From contig NC_134028.1 in assembly GCF_964204645.1 (NCBI RefSeq), positions 19,839,245 to 19,903,244 on the forward strand: a stretch of 64,000 nt of DNA, written 5' to 3'. Numbering within the stretch: position 1 is the stretch's first letter; every line of letters begins with the position of its first letter. Under the pieces are notes generated by a model that worked only from the letters and a program-made list of their open reading frames with translations, was not told where the DNA came from and searched no databases. Origin of the DNA: Tubulanus polymorphus (lineage: Eukaryota; Animalia; Nemertea). The translations under genes and the position numbers were made by a program. Shown here piece after piece: positions 54,801-64,000 of the stretch.

Positions 54801-57566
54801 ACGATTTTGTAATTGATTGTGATAGCAAAATATGCCTCGTTACCAATTTAATATAGAAATACTAAGTCATTCTACTATTCAACGCCCCCTGGTGACCATA
54901 TTCAAAACCCAATGACCTCGAAACTCACCACAATCATAGAATATGTCACGAACTACAACTTTGCAATTGATCATGGTAACAAAATATGCCTAGGTACCAA
55001 TATAATAAGGAAATACTAAGTTATTCTACTGTTCAACGCCCCCTGGTGACCATATAGAAAAACTTATGTCCTTAAAACTCGCAACAATCTTAGATGATGT
55101 CATGCGCTACAACTTTCCAATTGATTGTGGTTACAAAATATGCATTGATACGAATATAATAAAGAAATGCTAAGATATTGTATTATTCAACGCCCCCTGG
55201 TGGCCATATACGAAATCAAATTACCTTGAAACTCACCACAATCATAGAACACGTTATGAGCTACAACTTTCTAATTGATTGTGGTAGCAAAATACGCTTA
55301 GGTATCAATATAATGTGGAAAAACTTTTTCCAACTTACGAATGAGTACTGGTGACACCAAGATGGCCGCCAATTGCGTCATAATTGGCTGATGAAAAATA
55401 CCTGTCTCAGGTATAAAACATCCCTTTCCAAAGAATACCCATCACAAATTGTAATGAGAAATGGCAAACCAGTAGGAAGCTACAGGACTCAGAATTCGGG
55501 CCAAAATTAACATTTTTGGGCACTAAAAAGGTCATAGGACGGCCATCTTGAGTCCGACCGACCCAATTTTTGTTATGTTGATGGGTCCTGGGGGGATTCA
55601 CATATATCCGAAAGATCAAGGTAATTGATCGAAGCGTCTTCAAAAATTTCCTCAAAAAGTTCAAAAATGTGTAAAAAGTGCTGATTTTGGTGAACAACAA
55701 TGGCTGCCAGTCGGCCATCTTGATTCTGACAGGGCCAGTTTTTGGGCTGAAGATGTGTCTAGGGTAGATACATGTGTAACCCAAATATCAAGACGTTACC
55801 TTGAAGCGTCTTCAAATCCTCCCAAAATAACTGGATTCCGTCTACGGACGGACGAACGGACGAACGGACGAACGGACGGACGAAGGACGGACGGACGACG
55901 GACGAAAAGTGAACGCAATAGCCCGCTGGGACTAAAGTCCCAAGTGGGCTAAAAAGAAATTCAGTCAAATCCGATGCAAAAAAATTACGTCTCCGTTCTA
56001 ATCTTCATATGTTCACACATTTTATACTTACATTAAAATATTGACGTCGACCGATTTTCCGCAGTCTCTTCGAAGCGCGCACCGCGAAGTAGATCAAGAA
56101 CCCGAGAAAAATGAATTGGAAAAAGAACATCACTGAGTTCGTCGGTGTCATTCCTTTCTCCAGGCGCATTACTGTCACTTTATACTTTGTAAACGCCCCT
56201 GAATTGAGAGCACGATTCTGACTTAAACAAATGCATCAATCGTGATATGGATTTTTTAATTGGGAATACAATTGGTTTTTTTCGATATTTGTTCATCTCA
56301 ACACGTTTTCAACGGGCTTCGTGATATATAATGGTGGCTACTACGGGCTCATACACATAGACAAAATTCGATATCTTTCAAATATGAAATAAAATATACT
56401 TATATAAAAATGCAATCAATGAATCTTGAATTTGATAGGAAAACAATATTGGAGTTTTTGTCGACAGATAACCTTGATTTACAACTGTCTATAGTCAGGA
56501 CTGTAATGTAGTCCATTGATCGGGCGCAGCCATATTGCATCAATAATTATAAGCTCCTCTATATATTCACTATGTATGTGATTACCTCCACTATTTAGGA
56601 ATTCCACGAGGAGAAACGCCACACCATACAAGCGAACGTTGTTGTTGTAAAGCAAAAACTCGATGATGATACATCTTGTATTCTTATCCAACCAGTTTCC
56701 AGCTTTAATCGTTTTTAGAGTGCGCAGAGCTTGTTTCGGCTGCGTTCCCAAATTCACTACGTAACCGCCACCGGAGTACGTGGCAAATTTCCCAGACGTA
56801 GGCGAACCCTTGAGTTTCCAGGCCGACGAGTAACCGAACCCATAATCCGGTTTATCGTTTGGATCTAGAATATCGAAATCTCTACATGTAAATTCATGAA
56901 AATATAAACAACGTCCAAATCTAAAATTGACGTCGAGAGAATTGATTTCATTCGAATCATTAATGCGGGCATTTTATACGGGGGGGGGGGGGGTTACGGC
57001 ATCCGCCATCATTTCTCGAAGGAGCGATGGAATTCACTTTCAGGCTGGAACTACGCACTATGCATACATTAATATCTTTTTTGCATATTGAATTAGTTAC
57101 TCATTTTCCAGATGGCGTGTATTCACCTGATTTATTAACGGGAATCCATCCAGCTTTGTAATTCCCTTCTTCTTGGCTAAACATACTATAGCTAGGCCGG
57201 CACACATCACCAAATAACCGATCTAATCTCGAGTTACATGCGACTAAAACGATATTTACTACTAAAATGAATGTATAAGTACGTAAAAAGTTTATTTGGA
57301 AACGAAATTAAAGCAACTGTTCTCGATTACCGATGAACATATGAGTTGTATCTTTTAGAACCAATAGCGATTTAGCCAAAACAGGAAAACTTACCAGGTT
57401 TTGTTCGTAACTGACGTAGACGTGGAACGCAGACTCTCAACGCCTGTCGATCAACGATGTAATTCTTATATTTGTACCAATCATCACCCGGGAACATATC
57501 GTACCCGAACATTCCAGGCACCAGCGATTTTTCGGCGTAATCCCAAAACTGATCGAAATTCCTCAC
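51877..57566 (-). CDS. Polycystin (PKD1-like/TRPP) channel domain, 3' part (exons 57566-57395, 57243-57127, 56864-56586, 56198-56032, 54197-54042, 53939-53684, 53233-52967, 52055-51877); upstream exons lie beyond the Polinton
   Basis: Intact spliced frame: PRLRQLRTKP, GKFATYSGGGYVVNLG, NWLDKNTRCIIIEFLLYNNNV, LKLLRFNKRI, VNFMMVNFMVAIILEGY..NEYEIVDFM, and a short coiled-coil tail CRELSNRVDLIIDRLENY. Confidence 0.9.
54650..55955 (-). mobile_element. Helentron/DINE-1-like non-autonomous element in a polycystin intron
   Basis: The minus strand starts TTTTTAGCCCACTTGGGAC..GCGGGCTATTG, then a (CGTC)n microsatellite, a core, four 154-bp tandem repeats, and ends with a CCCAAGTGGGC subterminal inverted repeat. 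Confidence 0.75.
54724..55330. repeat. Four 154-bp tandem repeats inside the Helentron-like element
   Basis: TTCAACGCCCCCTGGTG at 54724, 54878, 55032 and 55186. Confidence 0.92.
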
Positions 57567-57675
57567 CTGCAGAAACAGGCAACGAAAGTGACCGATGAAA
57601 ACGTATCATAAGAAAATAAGAAATAAGATACCCCGAAATGCTGAGAGTAGTATAGTCAGAGGGGGGTTCTGGCAC

Positions 57676-58090
57676 AGCTAACTTTTGGGCTAACTGTGCT
57701 AATGTGAGCTAACTTTGAGCTAATGTAAGCTAACTTTTGAGCTAATCTGAGCTAACTTTTGAGCTAATCTGAGCTAATGTCGGTTAACATCTGAGCAAAC
57801 TTTTGAGCTAATCTGAGCTAATGTTGGTTAACATCTGAGCTAATCTGAGCAAACTGTTGAGCTAATGTGAGCTAATATCGGTTAACATCTGAGCTAATTT
57901 GAGCTAATGTCGGTTAACATCTGAGCTAATCTGAGCTAACATTGAGCTAATGTGAGTGAATGAATGTTAATACCGAGCTAATGTGAACTAGTTATCGGGC
58001 TAATGTCTATGTGTTATATGGAGCTAATGTGGGTTAACTATTGAGTTAGGTATTGAGCTAATGTGTGTTAATGTTGTGCTGATGAGGGTT
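57676..58090. repeat. Polinton subterminal short tandem repeats (GAGCTAA-based, ~10-12 bp)
   Basis: Dozens of CTGAGCTAAT / TTTGAGCTAA / GGTTAAC units start about 30 bp inside the terminus. Confidence 0.88.
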
Positions 58091-59171
58091 AACAGCGGGT
58101 TGTTTATACTATTTCTGGTATATGAGTAAATTTCTGAAAGTATTGTGAAAGGGGGTACAGTAAAATCTGATAGAACAAAGTATATGTTATAAGTATGGTA
58201 TGATGATGTAATTATTTCGAGTGTTAATTAAACAGGGGAGACAAAACTATAAGTATAGCAAGATATTTTTTATTGAATGTGTTTGAAATGAATTCAACAG
58301 ACAGGTGTGGATGTGATGGTGAATGTAGTCGAATAACAATAGGGGCTAACATGATAGTTGGGATATGCGAACCCAGATGACCTGTTAATGAGAATACAGA
58401 ACAATAACACTCCGGTGTAATTTCGAGAGTTCCCACCGACGGTAATGGCATTTTTTCTCTTTATAATCTTCATTATGAATACTGGGTTCAATGTGATTTA
58501 TTAGGTTTTGCTTCCGAGAATACTATCATAAATGAATTTATCGTCGGACATCTGTATTGAAACTCCCTGTTCTTTTCAAAAAGTAATGTGTTCAGAAGGT
58601 ATTATCTGTTTGTTTTATTCGTTTCTGTTGATGACTGTTTGACTGAATAGATAGTAATATAGATTTTCTACTCTGATGACCATCCCGGTGGTAAACCGTG
58701 AGAAAGTTTGAATATTCTCTTAACAGGGGGGGTAAAACAGACATAGGTGGAGTGACAGTATTTAAAGAAACAATGAAGATCAATCACGTGATTTAAAGTA
58801 GACCAATGGTATGATTCTGTGGTAACTTAAAAATTACGTTGATTGGTAAATTTTAACATCCTATTGTTGATCGAACATTTAAAAATGCCGACTACCGCAG
58901 CACGGTCTTTTTCGTTCCAACGCGCCGAAGTATCCAACAACGCAGAACCACGCTATCATCATCATCATCATCATCATCGACATTATCGTCACCAAAGGAG
59001 ACTAAGGAAAGAAAACTCATTTACTAAGGTAAGCTACGTATTATTTTCCTTAATTCTACATAATTCTTTTGTTTAGATATTCTCAATGTGAAATATGTAT
59101 ACTCGTTATCGAAATTTTTGCATTGTATCGAAAAATATTTTACAATTTTTATCAATTTTTTAAGATGAAAT

Positions 59172-59639
59172 TTACATTCTAATGAAATACTTACTAACAA
59201 ATTGTTTAACATAATAATCATTATACTCGTAATCAGTTTTACTAAAACTACTGAATATCTCGGGAAAACACATACCGTGTGAGAGAAGAGTTACAAAATA
59301 TATGCAATAATATCCGCAATTCGTACTAAACAAACTTTGTACTCTAACTCGAGAATAATCCCAGTAATGACAGTGTGTATCTAAATAGTTTCTTAATATA
59401 ATATTATAGAATTGCGGTTGTTGTCCGTAACTATCTAGGAAATAACCTTGTTTATTTGCAAATATTATAAAACAAATCCAATGTTCTCCGCTCTTATCAC
59501 TATTTTGAGAGTTTACAATGAAAATACTGGGATACTCAGGAGGTTCGGGTAAACGATCAGCTGCGTAGACACCTTTAAACAATTTGTTCGCACAGGTATC
59601 TTCGCGCAAAATATTAATTAATTGATCGGTATACAACAT
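59172..59639 (-). CDS. Polinton adenain-like cysteine protease (155 aa from ATG 59639)
   Basis: FKGVYAADRLP, IVNS..SGEHWI (His), YFLDSYG (Asp), VQSLFSTNCGYYC (Gln/Cys). Confidence 0.93.
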   Translation of the reverse strand: MLYTDQLINILREDTCANKLFKGVYAADRLPEPPEYPSIFIVNSQNSDKSGEHWICFIIFANKQGYFLDSYGQQPQFYNIILRNYLDTHCHYWDYSRVRVQSLFSTNCGYYCIYFVTLLSHGMCFPEIFSSFSKTDYEYNDYYVKQFVSKYFIRM

Positions 59640-59643
59640 CTTT

Positions 59644-60963
59644 TTAAAAATCTGTGACAACAGTGCGGTCTTTTGTAATTTCCAACACTTCATCAAAGTT
59701 GGCGTATAATAGTAAATTAATATTTTCTGGTAGAGGTTTTGAAAATTCCAATTCCACGCGAAGGGAACCCTTTTTACTGATAGCCAGGTCACTGAATCCG
59801 AAATCAGGTGTCAGATCGAATGCGGTTAGGAAATATCCGTTAGCATAATCTTTTCTGGTTATTCCAATTGTCTTATCTTGATATAAAATACCGGTGCCAG
59901 TGAACAATGAGAAATATCCTTCACTCAAGTCTTTCGACTCGAAATTTATTGCCGACGCTTCAACTTGCGACCCATTGATGGACACCGCAATTCTAGCGAT
60001 ATCATAGTGTTTAAAGTCGAACGGGTTTTTATCGTAACTTCCACTCAGCGATTCGTCCGAGCAGAATCCGATAATTATATTCCTCGGTAAATTTCCAATT
60101 ATCAGATTATCTCTTATAACACTGCGTACTCCACGTGGTATATTCACCGGAAAAATGCTTGTTTTTACAAAATGGTATTTGGCATTACTAGTAGCCAATG
60201 CTTTCTCATGCGCTAACTGAACTGACGGGCTTAGTTGTACTCGTCGCACATTTAATGTAGCGTTTTCAATTTTCACTTTGAACTTTACGTCTGGATTCGG
60301 GGACATTAAACAAAATGCATCCTTACTTCTGATTAACTTAACTTTAACCGTTACATTCGAGAGAAGTAGTTTATCTAGTCCGAACGCATCGCTGTGTAAT
60401 CGAAGTTGCGCTTTTACGAGATTGTTCGGCTTTTTCAGTAAATCATAACGTTCTTTGAGACCCGAGTTACAATTCGCGCTTCTAGGATCTGTATCGTTCA
60501 TACGCCCGGCTTCGTCTTTATATATCATAGCACTTTCCATCCATCCCGGTTTCGTAGATGATTGACAAAATATCAAGTTCTCAATAGCGGCTCTAATCGG
60601 GTGTAAGTCCATTCCATTACTAATTAATTTGTCGTTGAATCGTACCTCGACGTCACTGAATAGTGACTGAGCGTAATTAATAAGGGTAGCTACGGGATCA
60701 TCTGCTTTGTCATTGTTCATCGGACTGCCATCGCCCTTTACAATTTTAAACGTTGCATCTAACCACGTGTGGTTTAAATCTAGATAATGTTGTGAGTTAC
60801 CGGTTATAAGAAAATCGATATTTCCGCTATCCGTAATTGTAGCTAACGGTTGATATTTAGCATAATGTGCGGACTCCATAGTGATATTAGTCATCGGCAG
60901 TGAAAAGATGTCCAATTCACTCTTGAGTGCAGGGTGCGAGTCTTTGTGTACTTTCAAACCCAT
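59644..60963 (-). CDS. Polinton major capsid protein (double jelly-roll)
   Basis: 439 aa with KSELDIFSLP.T, YLDLNHT, SLFSDVEV.FN, LLSNVTVKVKLIR, GSYDKNPFDFKHYD, FDLTPD and GSLRVELEF motifs. Confidence 0.92.
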   Translation of the reverse strand: MGLKVHKDSHPALKSELDIFSLPMTNITMESAHYAKYQPLATITDSGNIDFLITGNSQHYLDLNHTWLDATFKIVKGDGSPMNNDKADDPVATLINYAQSLFSDVEVRFNDKLISNGMDLHPIRAAIENLIFCQSSTKPGWMESAMIYKDEAGRMNDTDPRSANCNSGLKERYDLLKKPNNLVKAQLRLHSDAFGLDKLLLSNVTVKVKLIRSKDAFCLMSPNPDVKFKVKIENATLNVRRVQLSPSVQLAHEKALATSNAKYHFVKTSIFPVNIPRGVRSVIRDNLIIGNLPRNIIIGFCSDESLSGSYDKNPFDFKHYDIARIAVSINGSQVEASAINFESKDLSEGYFSLFTGTGILYQDKTIGITRKDYANGYFLTAFDLTPDFGFSDLAISKKGSLRVELEFSKPLPENINLLLYANFDEVLEITKDRTVVTDF

Positions 60964-61026
60964 GTTATATCAGTGTTGATGTTGGCGATAACAATGAAGA
61001 TGTTAACAATGATAACGATCAGTTAA

Positions 61027-61419
61027 TTAATATGCTTCCAGGCTTTCGATTGTTCCACGTTGACGTTTCACCCGACGTCTATTCGACTTCGATTTTACTT
61101 TACGTTTTCTCTGATTATTCGGGGCTTTTAATACATTTCGAACGGCTGTTTTACCGTTATTCAATAACGATTCTCCTAGATCTCTTCCACCAATGACGTC
61201 ACCTATTGTGTTGACACCGGCTTTAACTATATGTGGTGCTGCTTTCTTTGCAATTGTCTTAAACAAAGGGATCGCTCCCCTGAATAATCCTCCCAGAATA
61301 GATCCGATTCCTGCTCCTTTTTGTATCGGTCTACCGTGATAGAAATCATTCCCGCCACCCGCCTGCCGTAAATAATAATTACAGCAAGCGTCTTGATCTA
61401 TGATACATTCGGTTTTCAT
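61027..61419 (-). CDS. Polinton small virion/core protein (protease-cleaved, amphipathic helix, basic tail)
   Basis: YYLRQAGGG..IQKGAGIGSILGGLFRGAIPLFK, followed by RKRKVKSKSNRRRVKRQR. Lies between the minor and major capsid genes. Confidence 0.85.
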   Translation of the reverse strand: MKTECIIDQDACCNYYLRQAGGGNDFYHGRPIQKGAGIGSILGGLFRGAIPLFKTIAKKAAPHIVKAGVNTIGDVIGGRDLGESLLNNGKTAVRNVLKAPNNQRKRKVKSKSNRRRVKRQRGTIESLEAY

Positions 61420-62228
61420 AGTAACAACTTTCGTCTAAAATGTAACACGAGGGATACTTTGCCCCTTTTAAAGATGGGCGGAGTACCACTGTCCTTAAAC
61501 ATATAGATTTCAATAACGTCCAGTCGATTACTCCTGAGCGGAAGATAATAAGGTCGTCTAAATTCACGATCTATAACTGTTTGATTTATATCGTTTACAC
61601 CTACAATCCTTAACAAAGGTGCGCTATCGTGTCCAACTTGTTGATGTTGAATTAACTCTGAATAGATTAAGATGTTATGATTATCGGCCATAAGGTCGAC
61701 CGGTCTAGACGCTATGACCTCGACGTAGCCGAAGTTATCGGATGAACTTGCTTTTCCTATGATTTTAGTTTCGGTAATATCATCACTAAAAATGTCGGCG
61801 TCGACTACATGCATCGAAGGGAAGCCCAACACCCAGGCTAATTCCTTCCTGAACTTAATTTTCGCGTTAGCGGATAATCTAATCGAAACTCGTTGGCTTA
61901 TCTCATTATACATTAGTTGTATTTTATTCGCTGCCGGTGATCGCGTTATAACCGAGTTCACATGTTCTATCAATGTTTCGATATTTCTATACACACCGCC
62001 TGGCACGCTATACGCGTCACTCCATTGTCCATCACCAGAGTCCACATAAAATTCTCCAGTAATTACGTTGTCGAATTCGCAATTGAAATTTATGTGAACT
62101 AACGCGACTTCCCAATTACCTTCTAGGTTAATCGTCCCTCTCAATTTAACTTTAAACTTTTCTTGAGAGTTTCCTGGAAATTCATCCACGCTTCCATCGC
62201 TCAATAATGTTAGATAAAAGTCATGCAT
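61416..62228 (-). CDS. Polinton minor capsid (penton-like) protein
   Basis: FYLTLLSDGS..FPGN..FKVKL..I.LEGNWEVAL N-terminus and IYSELIQHQQVG..APLLRIV..YYLPL..LVLHFRR C-terminus. Confidence 0.9.
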   Translation of the reverse strand: MHDFYLTLLSDGSVDEFPGNSQEKFKVKLRGTINLEGNWEVALVHINFNCEFDNVITGEFYVDSGDGQWSDAYSVPGGVYRNIETLIEHVNSVITRSPAANKIQLMYNEISQRVSIRLSANAKIKFRKELAWVLGFPSMHVVDADIFSDDITETKIIGKASSSDNFGYVEVIASRPVDLMADNHNILIYSELIQHQQVGHDSAPLLRIVGVNDINQTVIDREFRRPYYLPLRSNRLDVIEIYMFKDSGTPPIFKRGKVSLVLHFRRKLLL

Positions 62229-63315
62229 TCTTCTTCTTTAGTTCTCGTGCCGGAATCCACGAATTGAATTTCGTCGGGTATCCCAACCACTTCACGAGCA
62301 ACTCGCGGTTTCTTCCTCGACCGCGTCTTCTTATAATCTTCTCCACTCGGTAATCATCGTCGTTTTTAATTACTTTTTGTAATTCGTGACGATAGAATTG
62401 TCCCTGAACCTGCTCACCCATTTGATCTATAACGTTATATGTCGGTGGGTTGTGCGGGATCTGTTTTGAAACCGAGAATATTTCGTGCGACCATCCGGGT
62501 AAATAACCCTTGTCGAAATCTTTCTTATATCTTGTGATTCTGACGGTATCCCCAATGGAAAACTTGTACTGTTTGTTCATAAGAGACTCTTTTCCGTATA
62601 GGTTTTCCCACACCAACTTCTCATTATTTTCACTAACTTGAGACGGGTTCATTTTTATCGACCTATGATACGAATTGTTGTAGGCATTTATAATCTTAGG
62701 AAGAACATCTATATAGGTTTTCGTCTTGTACGCGGTCATATAGCGGAATAATCTTCCCTTTAACGTTCTGATGAATCGCTCGACAATACTACATTTCACT
62801 GTATCCTCGCTCGTAAAGTGATGAATGTTATACTTCTTTGTTATCTTACTAAAATATGCATTCAAAAATTCTTTGCCCTTATCACTTTGAACTTTTTTCA
62901 TACGACTTTTAATCGCTATACCTTCGAATGCGCTACTAACTTCTCCACCATTTTTCGACTTTAGGGGTATGGCGTAAGCGAATTTAGAAAAAACGTCGAT
63001 CGAAACCAGTAGATATTTAATTCCTTTATTATACTTAGATATATTCGATAAATCACACAAATCGATTTGATGCTGTTGATTGATACCGGATACTATTGTT
63101 CTATTCCTCTTGAAACGCACGCGAGTAGGACGATGAAGCGTATATGCCTCTTGCGATTTCAGAAAGTCTCTAATAACGTCTATACCAATTTCATTTCCGG
63201 ACAGCTTCGCGGTGCGATGTAATGCATTCAAACCACCGAATGCGCTTGGGTTTTCTGGGTTGTAGTACAGGTTGTTCAGTATCTTTTTCAAGTCCGAGGT
63301 CAGGCGAGTCGACAT
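62221..63315 (-). CDS. Polinton retroviral-like (DDE) integrase with C-terminal chromodomain
   Basis: YTLHRP, QIDLCD, IDVFSKFA, VQSDKGKEF, IVERFIRTLK, YNNSYHRSIKM.P; chromodomain YRVEKII..LVKWLGYP..NSWIP. Confidence 0.96.
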   Translation of the reverse strand: MSTRLTSDLKKILNNLYYNPENPSAFGGLNALHRTAKLSGNEIGIDVIRDFLKSQEAYTLHRPTRVRFKRNRTIVSGINQQHQIDLCDLSNISKYNKGIKYLLVSIDVFSKFAYAIPLKSKNGGEVSSAFEGIAIKSRMKKVQSDKGKEFLNAYFSKITKKYNIHHFTSEDTVKCSIVERFIRTLKGRLFRYMTAYKTKTYIDVLPKIINAYNNSYHRSIKMNPSQVSENNEKLVWENLYGKESLMNKQYKFSIGDTVRITRYKKDFDKGYLPGWSHEIFSVSKQIPHNPPTYNVIDQMGEQVQGQFYRHELQKVIKNDDDYRVEKIIRRRGRGRNRELLVKWLGYPTKFNSWIPARELKKKNA

Positions 63316-63425
63316 CGTCTTTCACTTTTGACTGTTGCACACAACACGAAATGTTGAATTTTTTACAATTAATGTTAATGAGCGATTGCGGTAAACAATC
63401 AGACTTCATCATTTCGTTATCCCGA

Positions 63426-63962
63426 TTATTCACACATATGCATATTGAACAACACATGCGGCAACACCGAAATCATCTGCTTTAAAGATTTACACCCGCT
63501 AATAATCACACATCCCTTATGTTGTATTATAAATGTAACATTTCCACAGCGAGATATGAGGCTGGGGGTGATCTCCGGATCATATCGTCCACCTAATAAC
63601 GTGTGTAGTTGGGATAAGTTAACTTTAATTCCCGTTCTCGCAACACCTGTCATTGTTTGAATTTTAAATTCTGTCAATCTAACGGCGGCAGTGGTATTAA
63701 TCTTTTGTATCAATCTAGCAAATCGTCGCACACTGGTATAACTCTCGCTGGATGACTTTGCTCCGTTACATACTATTCTCCCGCTTGCGAATAATAGACA
63801 CGTGCCCCTGATGCGCTTATTCCTAAGAATTAATGCGTTAAATTTACGAGGGTTGTACACTACGTTTGACATTGTCCTAGACAACTCCTCTAGATTGAGC
63901 TTACAATTAAGATTTGCAGTCGCTACTACATTAACAACGTCGATCATTTCTGATGTTACCAT
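63426..63962 (-). CDS. Polinton-borne divergent TATA-binding protein (TBP core fold) homolog
   Basis: Intronless 178 aa. Repeat 1: NVVATANLNCKLNL..YNPRKFNALILR..TCLLFASGRIVCNGAKS..RRFARLIQK. Repeat 2: FKIQTMTG..YDPEITPSL..VIISGCKS. Confidence 0.88.
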   Translation of the reverse strand: MVTSEMIDVVNVVATANLNCKLNLEELSRTMSNVVYNPRKFNALILRNKRIRGTCLLFASGRIVCNGAKSSSESYTSVRRFARLIQKINTTAAVRLTEFKIQTMTGVARTGIKVNLSQLHTLLGGRYDPEITPSLISRCGNVTFIIQHKGCVIISGCKSLKQMISVLPHVLFNMHMCE

Positions 63963-64000
63963 TACGAGAACTAGATACTAAATGAACTTGGATAAAATGA

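Larger units (their letters stand above)
57646..64000 (-). mobile_element. Polinton/Maverick (endogenous adintovirus-like element), one end; continues off the right edge
   Basis: Begins with AGTAGT (typical Polinton terminus), then subterminal tandem repeats and tightly packed intronless genes for protease, major capsid, core protein, minor capsid and integrase. pPolB and the packaging ATPase are not in the window. Confidence 0.93.

Noticed and set aside
59640-59792. 51-aa N-terminal extension of the protease ORF
   Set aside because: It overlaps the major capsid gene from a non-ATG start. The real start is most likely ATG 59639.
59654-63660. Plus-strand ORFs within the Polinton (59654, 60927, 61759, 63222, 63445)
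   Set aside because: Antisense shadows of the real minus-strand genes.
63426-63962. Calling this the host TBP or TRF2 gene
   Set aside because: It is intronless, lacks an N-terminal extension, is far too divergent in repeat 2, and is packed against Polinton genes, so no gene symbol is assigned.

Overview
AT-rich genomic DNA from an invertebrate animal (small GT-AG introns; the repeat types suggest a spiralian, which is inference). From left to right: (1) the 5' end of a minus-strand polycystin-1-like gene (signal peptide, WSC, PKD-like domain) with a CACTA/EnSpm-type element in its first coding intron; (2) an intronless rhodopsin-class GPCR with a broken TM1, a Penelope RT relic and a MITE; (3) an intact BHMT-family gene with 8 coding exons and altered betaine-binding residues; (4) about 31 kb (15.3-46.4 kb) of direct and inverted copies of a cassette holding class-B GPCR N-terminal exon relics, an unidentified ~85-codon exon and a 40-bp minisatellite, plus LINE, SINE, Helentron-like and Harbinger relics and a 78-bp copy of a BHMT exon; (5) a 4-exon Ly6/uPAR three-finger gene missed by the ORF track; (6) the 3' part of a second minus-strand polycystin gene; (7) in one of its introns, one end of an apparently intact Polinton/Maverick (protease, major and minor capsid, core protein, integrase) that also encodes a divergent TATA-binding-protein homolog. 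Exon coordinates were read by hand from splice signals and reading frame. Repeat boundaries are approximate.
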